Notes under the pieces: model-generated | The model's database searches: none | Seen by the model: the letters and a program-made list of their open reading frames with translations, nothing else | What the model was told of the DNA's origin: nothing | Program-made: the position numbers and the translations under genes | NCBI GenBank assembly: GCA_026129095.1 | Contig: JAHCIT010000004.1 | Coordinates: 62,001 to 126,000 of the forward strand | Source of the DNA: Deltaproteobacteria bacterium | GTDB taxonomy: Bacteria > JAGRBM01 > JAHCIT01 | DNA: 64,000 nucleotides | Direction of reading: 5' to 3' | Shown here: positions 19,648-27,842 of the stretch, in pieces | Position numbering within the stretch: the first letter of the stretch is position 1 | How the letters are laid out: every line of letters starts with the position of its first letter

Positions 19648-19765
19648 CAGGAAACCACACCCCCTGACCCCCTCTCCGCAGACGCAGAGAGGGGGGAACA
19701 GGAAGGAGCCTTTCCCGCCCCCTCTCCGTGACCACGGAGAGGGGGATGGGGGGAGTGGTTTCCTG
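19648..19765. repeat. REP-doublet/MITE-like palindromic element
   Basis: Ends CAGGAAACCAC / GTGGTTTCCTG are inverted. It contains two CCCCTCTCC..GAGAGGGG hairpins, and cccctctccgtgaccacggagaggg is identical to 11531-11555. Confidence 0.85.
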
Positions 19766-19807
19766 AAGGCGGAGAGTTTTTTCAGGTGAAGCAGAACGGA
19801 AACCCCC

Positions 19808-20491
19808 ATGCCCGACTCCCCTGAAACCTTTTTGGACCTTTCGCGGTCCGGCGATGCGGCCGGAGGCGTGGAAAGCCTGCGTGACCGCCTCGACCCGGAG
19901 GCGCTCCGCGAGGCGGCGCAGCTCATGGCCGAAATCCGGCGCGAAACCGTGCGGGCGTCGGACGTGCTCGTCAACCAGTTCCAGCGGCAGGCAGTGAGCC
20001 CCATCCGGCCGCTCGTGCAGGCGACGGCCGGTGCAATCGAGCAGATGTTCCGGGGACTGGTGGACGGCTCGGTGCGGAGCGGGCGTGCGTTCGCCGCCGT
20101 CATGCTGGACGCCGTGGGCAAGTTCGCCACCGCCCTCGGCCAGAGCATGATCGCCACGGCGAAGGTGCTCCAGGCGCTCATGGTGCTGAACATCCCGGCG
20201 ACGTTCGCCGGGGGGTTCGCCCTCATCGCCATCGGCTCGGCCCTGTCGGCCTTCGCGGCCGGGCTCGGCGGAAGCGCCGGTACGGCCACCAGTCCCGCAG
20301 CCCCGCCGGAGCCCGCGCCTGAAACACCGGACCGGCGCCTTCCGGCCGAACTCACCGTCAATCTCGTGAACAACGGCGGCGTCATCGGCATCGACAGCGT
20401 GCGCTCGTTCATCGTGGATACCATCCGCGACGCCATCGGCGACGACCGGCTGGTGGTGATCCAGGGGGCGTCCGGCATCCGGGCGATCTGA
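19808..20491 (+). CDS. Short tape measure protein (227 aa)
   Basis: Located after the chaperones. Ala/Gly-rich amphipathic helices, hydrophobic 'FAGGFALIAIGSALSAFA' and C-terminal 'LTVNLVNNG'. An in-frame stop just upstream (19787) caps its length. Confidence 0.65.
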   Translation: MPDSPETFLDLSRSGDAAGGVESLRDRLDPEALREAAQLMAEIRRETVRASDVLVNQFQRQAVSPIRPLVQATAGAIEQMFRGLVDGSVRSGRAFAAVMLDAVGKFATALGQSMIATAKVLQALMVLNIPATFAGGFALIAIGSALSAFAAGLGGSAGTATSPAAPPEPAPETPDRRLPAELTVNLVNNGGVIGIDSVRSFIVDTIRDAIGDDRLVVIQGASGIRAI

Positions 20492-20492
20492 A

Positions 20493-22040
20493 ATGCCAGT
20501 CCTCGCCAGCCGTCAGGCCCTGCTCGTTCCGTCCGTGGAACTGGAAGGGGAGCTGCGCTTCCGTCTGGACGGCGAGGACTGCACGGCGGTCCTCGCCCGT
20601 GCCTTTTATTCGCCGCCATCGCTGGCCGCCGCACTCCGGGCGGCCATGCGCGCCGCGCTGCCGGTTCTCGAAGACGAAGCGGCCTGCGGCTTCCGGCTCC
20701 ATTTCATTCTCGCGGCGGCACTTTCCGGCGGCGAGGCGGTGAACACCGGCGGCGCGCTCGCCTGGACGAACACGTCCGCGGGGCTTCCACTCACGATCCT
20801 CCACTCCAGTCCGCTGTCGCGGATCGAAACCCCGGACGGCTGGCCGCTGGTCGCGGGCGACGGGGCGCACGCCGATCTCGCCGTCGCGCCGGGAAACCGG
20901 GTCCAGTGGACCCATGCCGGAGACGCCGTGCCGAATCCCGTCCAGCCGTGCCAGTTCGTCTGGCCCCAGCTCCGGGGCCGCGCGCGGCTTTCGGAGCGGC
21001 GGATCACGGGCGACTTTTCCACACGCACCCACGCCCAGGCCGAGGACGGCCGCCTGTGGCCGGTGGCCAGGGGCGCACAGCGCCGGTGGGAGCTTTCCTT
21101 CGGGCCGCTCTCCGCCGCCGGCTGGCGGGCACAAGGCTGGGACCGGACCACCGGAAGTGGCGGCGCGCTGGAACAGGGCTCGATGATGACCTTCTTTCCC
21201 GATACTGGCCGCGAGACGGCCCTCCCCGTGCGGCCGCTGAACCGCACGATCGAGGTGGAACGGACCGTGCCGGGCTACCGGTCGGTGAAGCTCCAGCTCG
21301 CGGCGCAACCTGTACCCGATGGCGGCGGTTTCACCTACGGCCGGGAGTTTTCGGTCGAGACCGTCAGCGGCTCCCTGACGGAAACCTTCGGCGGCGACAC
21401 CGCCCACTTCAGCGCCGATGGCGGCGCGCTGAAACAGTCCGGCGCCACGCCCTCGCCGGCCTCGGTGTTCGTCCGGCTATGGCCGCTTGATGAAAGCCTC
21501 CACAGCTCGAACCTGCTGGCGAGCGTGAAGCTGTGGCGCACGTTCCCGTTCGTGGCCAGTGGCAGCGGATGGGAGGCCGGCATCGCGCTCTCGCACGCCA
21601 GCGGCAAGGCGGGCGTGGCCGTCACCGCGTCCGAAGGCCCCGCGCACCGGGAGCTCCGGGCCTGGGCCATTCACACCGACGGCAGCAAAAGCCCGCCCGT
21701 GACGCTCGGCGTCCTGCGCGGGAACATCCCCCGCTCGGAGGGGATGCAGGAGCGGCCGGACCGGAGGTTCATCGCCCGGTTCTGGTACGTGCCGCTCGGC
21801 AGCGGCGCGGCGCTGACTCGGGTGCGTGCCTGGTACAACGGCGAGGGCCCCTTCGACGGACAAGTCATGCACGGTTTCGACACCGGCGGCGGCGACCTCG
21901 CCTGGATGCCGGTATGCTCGAACGGAACCTCGCCAGCCTCGACGACCTGGTGGAAGGCGTTCCGGTTTCACGAGGACGCCTCCGGCTGGCTCGGCCCGGA
22001 CGGGCTGCCGCTCCTGCTGGGAAGCGTGGAGAATATATAG
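20493..22040 (+). CDS. Putative distal tail / tail-tip associated protein
   Basis: Coupled to the TMP (TGAAATG), 515 aa, beta-rich C-terminal half. Assignment is positional. Confidence 0.45.
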   Translation: MPVLASRQALLVPSVELEGELRFRLDGEDCTAVLARAFYSPPSLAAALRAAMRAALPVLEDEAACGFRLHFILAAALSGGEAVNTGGALAWTNTSAGLPLTILHSSPLSRIETPDGWPLVAGDGAHADLAVAPGNRVQWTHAGDAVPNPVQPCQFVWPQLRGRARLSERRITGDFSTRTHAQAEDGRLWPVARGAQRRWELSFGPLSAAGWRAQGWDRTTGSGGALEQGSMMTFFPDTGRETALPVRPLNRTIEVERTVPGYRSVKLQLAAQPVPDGGGFTYGREFSVETVSGSLTETFGGDTAHFSADGGALKQSGATPSPASVFVRLWPLDESLHSSNLLASVKLWRTFPFVASGSGWEAGIALSHASGKAGVAVTASEGPAHRELRAWAIHTDGSKSPPVTLGVLRGNIPRSEGMQERPDRRFIARFWYVPLGSGAALTRVRAWYNGEGPFDGQVMHGFDTGGGDLAWMPVCSNGTSPASTTWWKAFRFHEDASGWLGPDGLPLLLGSVENI

Positions 22041-22056
22041 AAGATGCCCAAATAGA

Positions 22057-22093
22057 CGGGCCGGAACCCCTCTTTTGGGGAAGTTCCGGCCCG
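22057..22093 (-). terminator. Intrinsic terminator for the minus-strand small gene
   Basis: Stem cgggccggaac / gttccggcccg. A T-rich tail (TCTATTT) follows only on the minus strand. Confidence 0.6.
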
Positions 22094-22137
22094 AAGGTGC
22101 GCCGCTTGCAGCAACCGGCGCGTGTCGAAGTCAGGAG

Positions 22138-22371
22138 TTACTTGGTCTTGGCCGCTTCCTTCTCGGCCTTCTTCTCGGCCTTCTCTTCTTTCTTCGCATC
22201 CTTGCTCTCGGCGGATGCCGGGGCGGCAGGGGTCGCCGGAGTGGCCGGCTTGCCTGCTTCGGCCGCCGGGGTGGCGGGCGTGGCCGGCTTGGCCGCTTCA
22301 GCCGCCGAGGCGATCAGGGGCGTGCCCGCGATCATTGCCGAGAGGAGTGCTGCTTCGATGGTGCGTTTCAT
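22138..22371 (-). CDS. Small secreted Ala/Pro/Lys/Glu-rich low-complexity protein
   Basis: AGGAG RBS, signal peptide ending ASA, tandem 'AAEAxKPATPATP' repeats and a KAEK tail. 77 aa. Confidence 0.75.
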   Translation of the reverse strand: MKRTIEAALLSAMIAGTPLIASAAEAAKPATPATPAAEAGKPATPATPAAPASAESKDAKKEEKAEKKAEKEAAKTK

Positions 22372-22624
22372 GGTCGGACTCCTTAAGTCCATTCACGTCC
22401 GGCATCCCGGAAGAACCGAAGACCCCGCTCATGTGTCCCCATGACACACGGTTTCGGAGCCTTCTCAGCGGTTTCCCTGGCGAACCGGAGCTGGAACATG
22501 AATACCGCAGCCGGATTAAAATTAGCGCGCTTTCAGATTAACACCGGAATAAGCCTACATTAATTGCCAGAACGGCAGCGGGATAGAGAACACCGGCAAC
22601 CTGCGGTCAACCCGGCGAGCCGGT

Positions 22625-23386
22625 TCAGGTTTCAGCCGGTGACGGCCGTTCTCTTGTTTCACTGCCCGAAACCCATGCCGCATCGTCCTCGCCCGCTTTC
22701 AGGCCGATGGTCCGCCGGAGAATCCGTTCCAGCACGATGAAGAACCGGGTAGTAGCCAGCACCGGGTTCAGCCACCCGACGGTGATGCAGTAGTAGGTAT
22801 CGAACGGCACGGTGTGGTGGATCTGGTGGTGGTCTGGCGGGAGGATGAGCCGCCACTTCTGGAGAAGCCGGACGAAACCGGGAACGGTGTCCGCATGGGC
22901 CCACTTGTGAAACTGGTTCGTGGCGAAGACGAACAGGCAGAGCCAGAGCGTGTGCGCCGTGGCGGCGAGGCCGAGGAGTCCCGCGCCTTCGGCCGGGAAC
23001 GACAGGAGCACTCCCGTCTGGAGCGGCACCGACACGATGCAGTTCGCACCGTTCGTCTCGATGAAGTCGTGCCGGGTAATACCCTTGGGGTCCACATGAT
23101 GCTCGCGGAACGGGCGGACGAAGTTCGGGCCGAAAACCGGCGTGTTCACCGTGCCGTAGCGGTCGGCCATCCAGTGAACGAAGCCGGAGACGAAATCGGC
23201 CAGCAGGTAGCCGCCGGGAACGGCCAGGATGAACACCGCCCACGCGGCGGGGCTGTCAATCCAGCGGGCGAGCCCCAGCGAGCGCGAGAACAGCGCCGCC
23301 GACAGCAGGAGGCACCCGGCGATGCCGGCGATCTCCAGCATCCGGTGGACAGGTGAATAGCTGTAGCTGCGCGTTTTCCCTCGCAT
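22625..23386 (-). CDS. carF: CarF/TMEM189-family plasmanylethanolamine desaturase
   Basis: 'DFVSGFVHWMADRYG', 'FREHH.DP..ITRHDFIETNG', 'TNQFHKWAH', 'HHQIHH' and 'YYCITVGWLNP'. Confidence 0.92.
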   Translation of the reverse strand: MRGKTRSYSYSPVHRMLEIAGIAGCLLLSAALFSRSLGLARWIDSPAAWAVFILAVPGGYLLADFVSGFVHWMADRYGTVNTPVFGPNFVRPFREHHVDPKGITRHDFIETNGANCIVSVPLQTGVLLSFPAEGAGLLGLAATAHTLWLCLFVFATNQFHKWAHADTVPGFVRLLQKWRLILPPDHHQIHHTVPFDTYYCITVGWLNPVLATTRFFIVLERILRRTIGLKAGEDDAAWVSGSETRERPSPAET

Positions 23387-23480
23387 GACCCTGGCAAAAA
23401 CCCCCGGTTGACCCTACCAGCCGGGACCATCTTCCGTCTGTTACGGAGATCACACCACCCCGATGCCCCGAAAGCGGGCC

Positions 23481-24020
23481 TCAGGGAGTGCCGATGCTCA
23501 CAAGCTGCGGCGTGCGCCGAAGGCGCGTGACATCGTAATCCTGCCCGCGGAGGCGGCCGAGGATGCCCTCGTAGACATCCGTGTCCAGAACTGGCGTGCG
23601 CGACAGCACCCACAGGTAGTTCCGGCCCGGATGGCCGACCACCGCCCAACGGTAGTCCGGGTCCAGGTCGATCACCCAGTAGCTGCCGTAAAAGGGCCAG
23701 AAGAAGGTCACCTTCAGCTTCGCGTTGGTCGCCGTGTCCACGACGCGGGCCGTCCCGCGGACGCTGCGGACGGGGCCGTCGAGGGTTTTCTCGCGGCACT
23801 GGTTGAAGACGCCGATCCGGCCGTCCGGCTCCAGCGTGTAGGTCGCCATCGAGGCGACGCAGCCTTTCTGGAAACGGTTGGGGAAGCTGGCGATCTCGTA
23901 CCAGTCGCCGAGATACCGCTGGAGGTCCACCTTCTCGACCGTGTGCAGCGGCTTGCCCGCGGCGCAGCCGCCGGGAAGCAGGGCGATGATCGAAGCGAGG
24001 AGCCGGATGAGGGTTCGCAT
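23481..24020 (-). CDS. blc: Outer-membrane lipocalin
   Basis: Lipobox 'PGGC', 'VDLQRYLGDWYEIA', 'KLKVTFFWPFYGSYWV' and 'YLWVLSRTP'. Start at ATG 24020. Confidence 0.93.
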   Translation of the reverse strand: MRTLIRLLASIIALLPGGCAAGKPLHTVEKVDLQRYLGDWYEIASFPNRFQKGCVASMATYTLEPDGRIGVFNQCREKTLDGPVRSVRGTARVVDTATNAKLKVTFFWPFYGSYWVIDLDPDYRWAVVGHPGRNYLWVLSRTPVLDTDVYEGILGRLRGQDYDVTRLRRTPQLVSIGTP

Positions 24021-24035
24021 GGGAGCAAGGATAAT

Positions 24036-25928
24036 ATGACCGCCTTCGACGATGCCATCGCCCGGCCGGAACTCCAGCCGGTGTGGGTCGTGGAGTTTCA
24101 CGCCCCCCGCCGTGCCATCGCCGCGCTCCCAGCCCACGGCGATGAACTCATCTGTCTTGAAGAAGGCGAGAGTTTCGGCGGCTTCCCGGCCACCGGCTAC
24201 CTGCTCATCGGCAATGACGAGAAGACGGGAGAAATCGTCCGCTACGTCGGGCGGAGCCCGGACGGCACGGCGATCACGGGACTGGTCCGCGGGCGGTTCC
24301 GGTCGGCGGCGCGGGAATGGCCCGGCGGAACGGTGGTGAGGGAGTGGGGCCTCGGCCGCGTCTTTTCGACGCTCCCCGTGGCGGCCTTCCCGGACGCGCT
24401 CCCCATCCTGCTGGACCCTGCCCTCAGCCCCCGGACGCTCGACGAAGAGCGGCTCACCTCGGCGGTGGGTTCGTTCACCTTCCGGCTGGCCGACATGGAC
24501 AGCTTTACCAGCACACTGATCGCGCTCACTCCGCTCCGGCGGCGGGGCGTGACGCTATGGCTGGGATTTCCCGGCATCACGGAGCCGGAAGGGTTCCGCG
24601 CCGTCGCACGCGGCCGGGTGCAGGAGGTGACGAGCGACGACGGCGGCGCGATCTGGCGGTTCCAGTGCCGGAGCCTGCTGGCCGACCTCAAGGACCAGCG
24701 GCTGTTCCTGGACCGCCGCTCGCGCCTCACCGGAGCCGTGACGGGCGTCCAGACGTCGCTGCCGGTCGCCGACACCGGAAGATATCTCCCCAATACCGGC
24801 GGCCTCGTCCGCCACGTCCGGGTCGGCGACGAGATTGTCTCCTACGCCGGGCGGAGTACCGCCAGCGGCGCGGGGAACCTCACCGGCTGCGTGCGCGGGT
24901 TGTTCCAGTCCGTCGCCGCCGCCCACGAAGCCGGAGACGAGGCGGTGCAGGTTTATGAACTCTCCGGGCACCCGCTCACGATCCTGCTGAACATCCTCGC
25001 CACGACCGAAACCGGCGGCAGTGGCCCCTACGACGACCCGGCCTTCCGGGGCGGAGCGGCGCTGGGACTTGATCCGGACCTGGTGAACACCGGGCAGATC
25101 GAGCAGACGCGGGACTCGCTGCTGCCTGCCCTTTTCGCCCGGTTCCTCATTGACCGGGAAACCGACGACGCGAAGCGGTGGATCGAGGAGGAACTCCTGC
25201 AAGCCTGCGGCGCGGCGCTCATCGAGGAGTCCGGCGGACGGCTATCGGTCCGGTTCATGGGGCCGCCCTCGCCCGCCGAGACGCCGGCCGTGCTGGACGC
25301 CGCGGCCCGGATCCCCGCAGGGGAGCGCATGGACCTGGGGCTCGGCCGAATCCGCAACGCGATCGAGATCCGCTACTCACGCGATCCGGTGGACGGCGTT
25401 TGTCTCGAACGGCTTCTCTACCTGGACGCCGATTCGGTGAGCCGCCACGGCGCGGCCCCAAAGCTCACGCTGGAGTTCGGCGGCCTGCACGGACCCTGGT
25501 CGCCGCTCGGCGATCACGGCGGCGACGCCCACGCGCTCAGGCTGGCCTCGCGGCTCGCCCTCCAGCTTTCGCATCCCCGGCCGCGCCTCCGGACCGGCGC
25601 GGCCTTCGGCCTTCTCACGGCCGGCATTGGCGACACGGCGGTGCTCGCCCACGGCCGCCTGCCTCCCGGCCAGCCGGACGAATCGCTCCCGCCGGAACGG
25701 GCGGCAAAAGACAGCCGGGCGCGGCTGGTGGAGATCGTCAGCACGCACCTCGACATGCAGACGGGCATGGCGGTTCTCGACGTGCGCGAGTCGCCCTTCG
25801 AGATGCTCCGGTACGCCTTCATTCACCGGAACGGCGCTCCGGATTTCGATGACGCGGACGTTCTGGACCGCCAGTACGCCCACCACGCCGGGGACAGCGG
25901 CCCGGACTATGCCATCTACCCCGCCTGA
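24036..25928 (+). CDS. Tail tip/hub protein (630 aa)
   Basis: AAGGA RBS and ATG 24036. Two copies of a phage-tail-type motif 'EI+.Y.G....+TG.VRG.F.S.A....G..V', plus 'DSVSRHG'. Confidence 0.7.
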   Translation: MTAFDDAIARPELQPVWVVEFHAPRRAIAALPAHGDELICLEEGESFGGFPATGYLLIGNDEKTGEIVRYVGRSPDGTAITGLVRGRFRSAAREWPGGTVVREWGLGRVFSTLPVAAFPDALPILLDPALSPRTLDEERLTSAVGSFTFRLADMDSFTSTLIALTPLRRRGVTLWLGFPGITEPEGFRAVARGRVQEVTSDDGGAIWRFQCRSLLADLKDQRLFLDRRSRLTGAVTGVQTSLPVADTGRYLPNTGGLVRHVRVGDEIVSYAGRSTASGAGNLTGCVRGLFQSVAAAHEAGDEAVQVYELSGHPLTILLNILATTETGGSGPYDDPAFRGGAALGLDPDLVNTGQIEQTRDSLLPALFARFLIDRETDDAKRWIEEELLQACGAALIEESGGRLSVRFMGPPSPAETPAVLDAAARIPAGERMDLGLGRIRNAIEIRYSRDPVDGVCLERLLYLDADSVSRHGAAPKLTLEFGGLHGPWSPLGDHGGDAHALRLASRLALQLSHPRPRLRTGAAFGLLTAGIGDTAVLAHGRLPPGQPDESLPPERAAKDSRARLVEIVSTHLDMQTGMAVLDVRESPFEMLRYAFIHRNGAPDFDDADVLDRQYAHHAGDSGPDYAIYPA

Positions 25929-25949
25929 TACCTGAAGGAGTCCTGTTCC

Positions 25950-26441
25950 ATGCCCGCCTATACCGCCATCACCGACGCCACGCTCACCGCCGGGCGGCCC
26001 ATCACCGAGACGCTGATGCGGACGATCCGGGACAACCTGGACCACCTCAAGAACGCGACGGACGGGCTCACCAGCAACGTGACCGTGACGGGCGGCCCCG
26101 GCACTCCGGCGACCGCGAGCACCTCCTATGTGACCGTCACGCGCAACCGGCTTTATCTCGAAGCCGGGACGTACACCTTCCGGGGACATGCCGAGATCAT
26201 GGTCCTCGACGGGAACTGCACCACCGACACGGCCCATGTCCGGCTGAGAATTGGCGGCGAGACGTTTCTTGAGGAAACGTCGGCCGCCTGCGCCGCTTTC
26301 GATGCCGTGAGCGGAGGGACCGCCGGGATCGCCGTCGCCACGGGCGGCTGGACCGACCTCGAAGTGCAACTGAAGACATCGAACGCCGCCAAACAGGCCG
26401 CCCACCGCCACATCACGGTGTCGTGGCTGAAGACGGCATAA
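25950..26441 (+). CDS. Putative short tail fibre protein
   Basis: AAGGAG RBS. N-terminal 'YTAITD...GRPITETLMRTIRDNLDHL' resembles fibre anchor segments, followed by a beta-rich domain. Confidence 0.6.
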   Translation: MPAYTAITDATLTAGRPITETLMRTIRDNLDHLKNATDGLTSNVTVTGGPGTPATASTSYVTVTRNRLYLEAGTYTFRGHAEIMVLDGNCTTDTAHVRLRIGGETFLEETSAACAAFDAVSGGTAGIAVATGGWTDLEVQLKTSNAAKQAAHRHITVSWLKTA

Positions 26442-26454
26442 GGAGAAACATGCC

Positions 26455-26844
26455 ATGCCCGAAACCAACATTGACCCCGACGTCCGGATCGAGGCCGCCT
26501 CGTTCACCGCCGACGGCGTGTACGTGGTCCGCGATCTGGACGGGCGGCCCCTGTCGTGGACGTTCAACGGCACGCTTCCCGGCCTTGGCTTCGGCGGCGG
26601 CACGATCGCTGTCGAGGCGACGAACCTCTCGGCCGCCGACACCGGCCTGTCCGGCGGGGACTGGAGCGCCGACACCGGAAACGGAATCTGGGAGCCGGTC
26701 ATGGCCGAGGACGCCCCCATCCTCATCACCGGCTCGGCGACCGGCTGGATCGACGCCCCGTTCCGGTTCGTCCGGTTCCGGCTGTCGGGGTCGAGCGAGC
26801 CGTCAATCCTGGGCCGTGTGCTGGCCGGTGTCCGCGGCCTTTAG
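26455..26844 (+). CDS. Small beta-sandwich virion accessory/decoration protein (putative)
   Basis: AAGGAG RBS. The pattern 'FGGGTIAVEATN...W...PFRFVRFRLSG' resembles small phage structural proteins. Confidence 0.5.
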   Translation: MPETNIDPDVRIEAASFTADGVYVVRDLDGRPLSWTFNGTLPGLGFGGGTIAVEATNLSAADTGLSGGDWSADTGNGIWEPVMAEDAPILITGSATGWIDAPFRFVRFRLSGSSEPSILGRVLAGVRGL

Positions 26845-26872
26845 GGATTTCCATACTTCAAGGAGACTGTTC

Positions 26873-27442
26873 ATGCCCGTTCCAGGACGAAAATCACCAG
26901 GCATCCCGGCCTTCCAGAAGGGCCAGCCAAACGGCGTCGCCCCGCTGGATGGCGGCGCAAAGGTTCCGGTGGAGAACCTGCCGGACGATACCGGCGGCAG
27001 CGCCACCTACGTCCCCTGGTATCCGTTCATCGCTTCGACCGCCCACGCCTTCAGCGTTGCGGGCAGCACGCCCACGGCGCGGAACAGCTCGCTCGTCGTG
27101 GACAGGGCCGGCAGTTACCGGCCGAAGCTCATGGTCCGGGTGTCGGCCGTCACCGGCAGCCCGACGCTGGTCCGGGTGACGGCGAACGTGGCGCTGTACG
27201 CGGTGAAACCGGACGGCACGAGCCGGACGCTCTACGCACAAAATGACGAGATCGCCGTCCACGACAATGGCAGCACTTACGCCACGAACGACTTCGCGGT
27301 GCTCACGGGCGGGGCGATTTCGCTCAACGCCGGAGAGACAATCATGCAGAACGGAAACTCCAACCCGTTCAGGTTCCTCTGCAACGGGAGCGGGACGCAG
27401 GTGGATGCCTTCTCGTCGGCCTTTTATCTGGAGAAGCAGTGA
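26873..27442 (+). CDS. Fibre/spike protein
   Basis: AAGGAG RBS and ATG 26873. Contains the phage fibre motif 'KGQPNGVAPLDGGAKVPVENLP'. Confidence 0.7.
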   Translation: MPVPGRKSPGIPAFQKGQPNGVAPLDGGAKVPVENLPDDTGGSATYVPWYPFIASTAHAFSVAGSTPTARNSSLVVDRAGSYRPKLMVRVSAVTGSPTLVRVTANVALYAVKPDGTSRTLYAQNDEIAVHDNGSTYATNDFAVLTGGAISLNAGETIMQNGNSNPFRFLCNGSGTQVDAFSSAFYLEKQ

Positions 27443-27732
27443 TGGATGATCTCGCCCGGACCGGAGTCGAGCTGGTCGTCACCACGGGAGCGGTGCTGAT
27501 CGGGGTCCTCAAGATGCTGCCGCCGCTGCTCCTGCGCGCCGTGGAGACCCAGATCGGGCGGCAGCCCGCCGCCCAGGGCCCCGAAGCCCTCACCCCCGTG
27601 GTCGCCTCGATGGACGGCCTGCGCTCGGAAATGGGCGCGCTCCGCCACGAACTGCGTGACCTGCGCGAAACCCTGACCGAGCACCGGATGGACACCGCCG
27701 AGCGGCTCACCCGGCTCGAATCCCTCAAGTGA
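27442..27732 (+). CDS. Holin-like single-TM coiled-coil protein
   Basis: TGATG overlap with the fibre gene, one hydrophobic segment, then heptads ending 'ERLTRLE'. Last gene of the module. Confidence 0.5.
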   Translation: MDDLARTGVELVVTTGAVLIGVLKMLPPLLLRAVETQIGRQPAAQGPEALTPVVASMDGLRSEMGALRHELRDLRETLTEHRMDTAERLTRLESLK

Positions 27733-27842
27733 CGCCGCCCCAGGCCATTTGCATCATTCCGGCACAGTGGTTAGGTTGCCCGCCATCATAAAATAAAAAC
27801 GGCCGGGCGAAGGCCCGCCATCCTGAAGGGGAAACTGTTCCA

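Larger units (their letters stand above)
11727..27732 (+). mobile_element. Phage-derived head-tail gene cluster (candidate gene transfer agent or domesticated prophage)
   Basis: terL-portal-scaffold-MCP-adaptor-tube-TAC-TMP-tip-fibres-holin-like order. No integrase, replication or repressor gene in the window, and host genes are interleaved antisense. Confidence 0.8.

Noticed and set aside
22392-22620. TPP riboswitch suggested by CTGAGA on the minus strand
   Set aside because: The other conserved TPP elements are not present, and the downstream gene is unrelated to thiamine.
23463-24035. N-terminal 191 aa of the 821-aa ORF
   Set aside because: It overlaps blc on the opposite strand. The real start is ATG 24036, which has an RBS.
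26423-26872. N-terminal part of the 339-aa ORF
   Set aside because: It overlaps the better-supported 26455-26844 gene. The fibre gene starts at 26873 after AAGGAG.
17995-27442. Contractile injection system, R-type tailocin or T6SS
   Set aside because: No sheath, baseplate wedge or VgrG/PAAR-like genes are recognisable, and a full DNA-packaging head is present.
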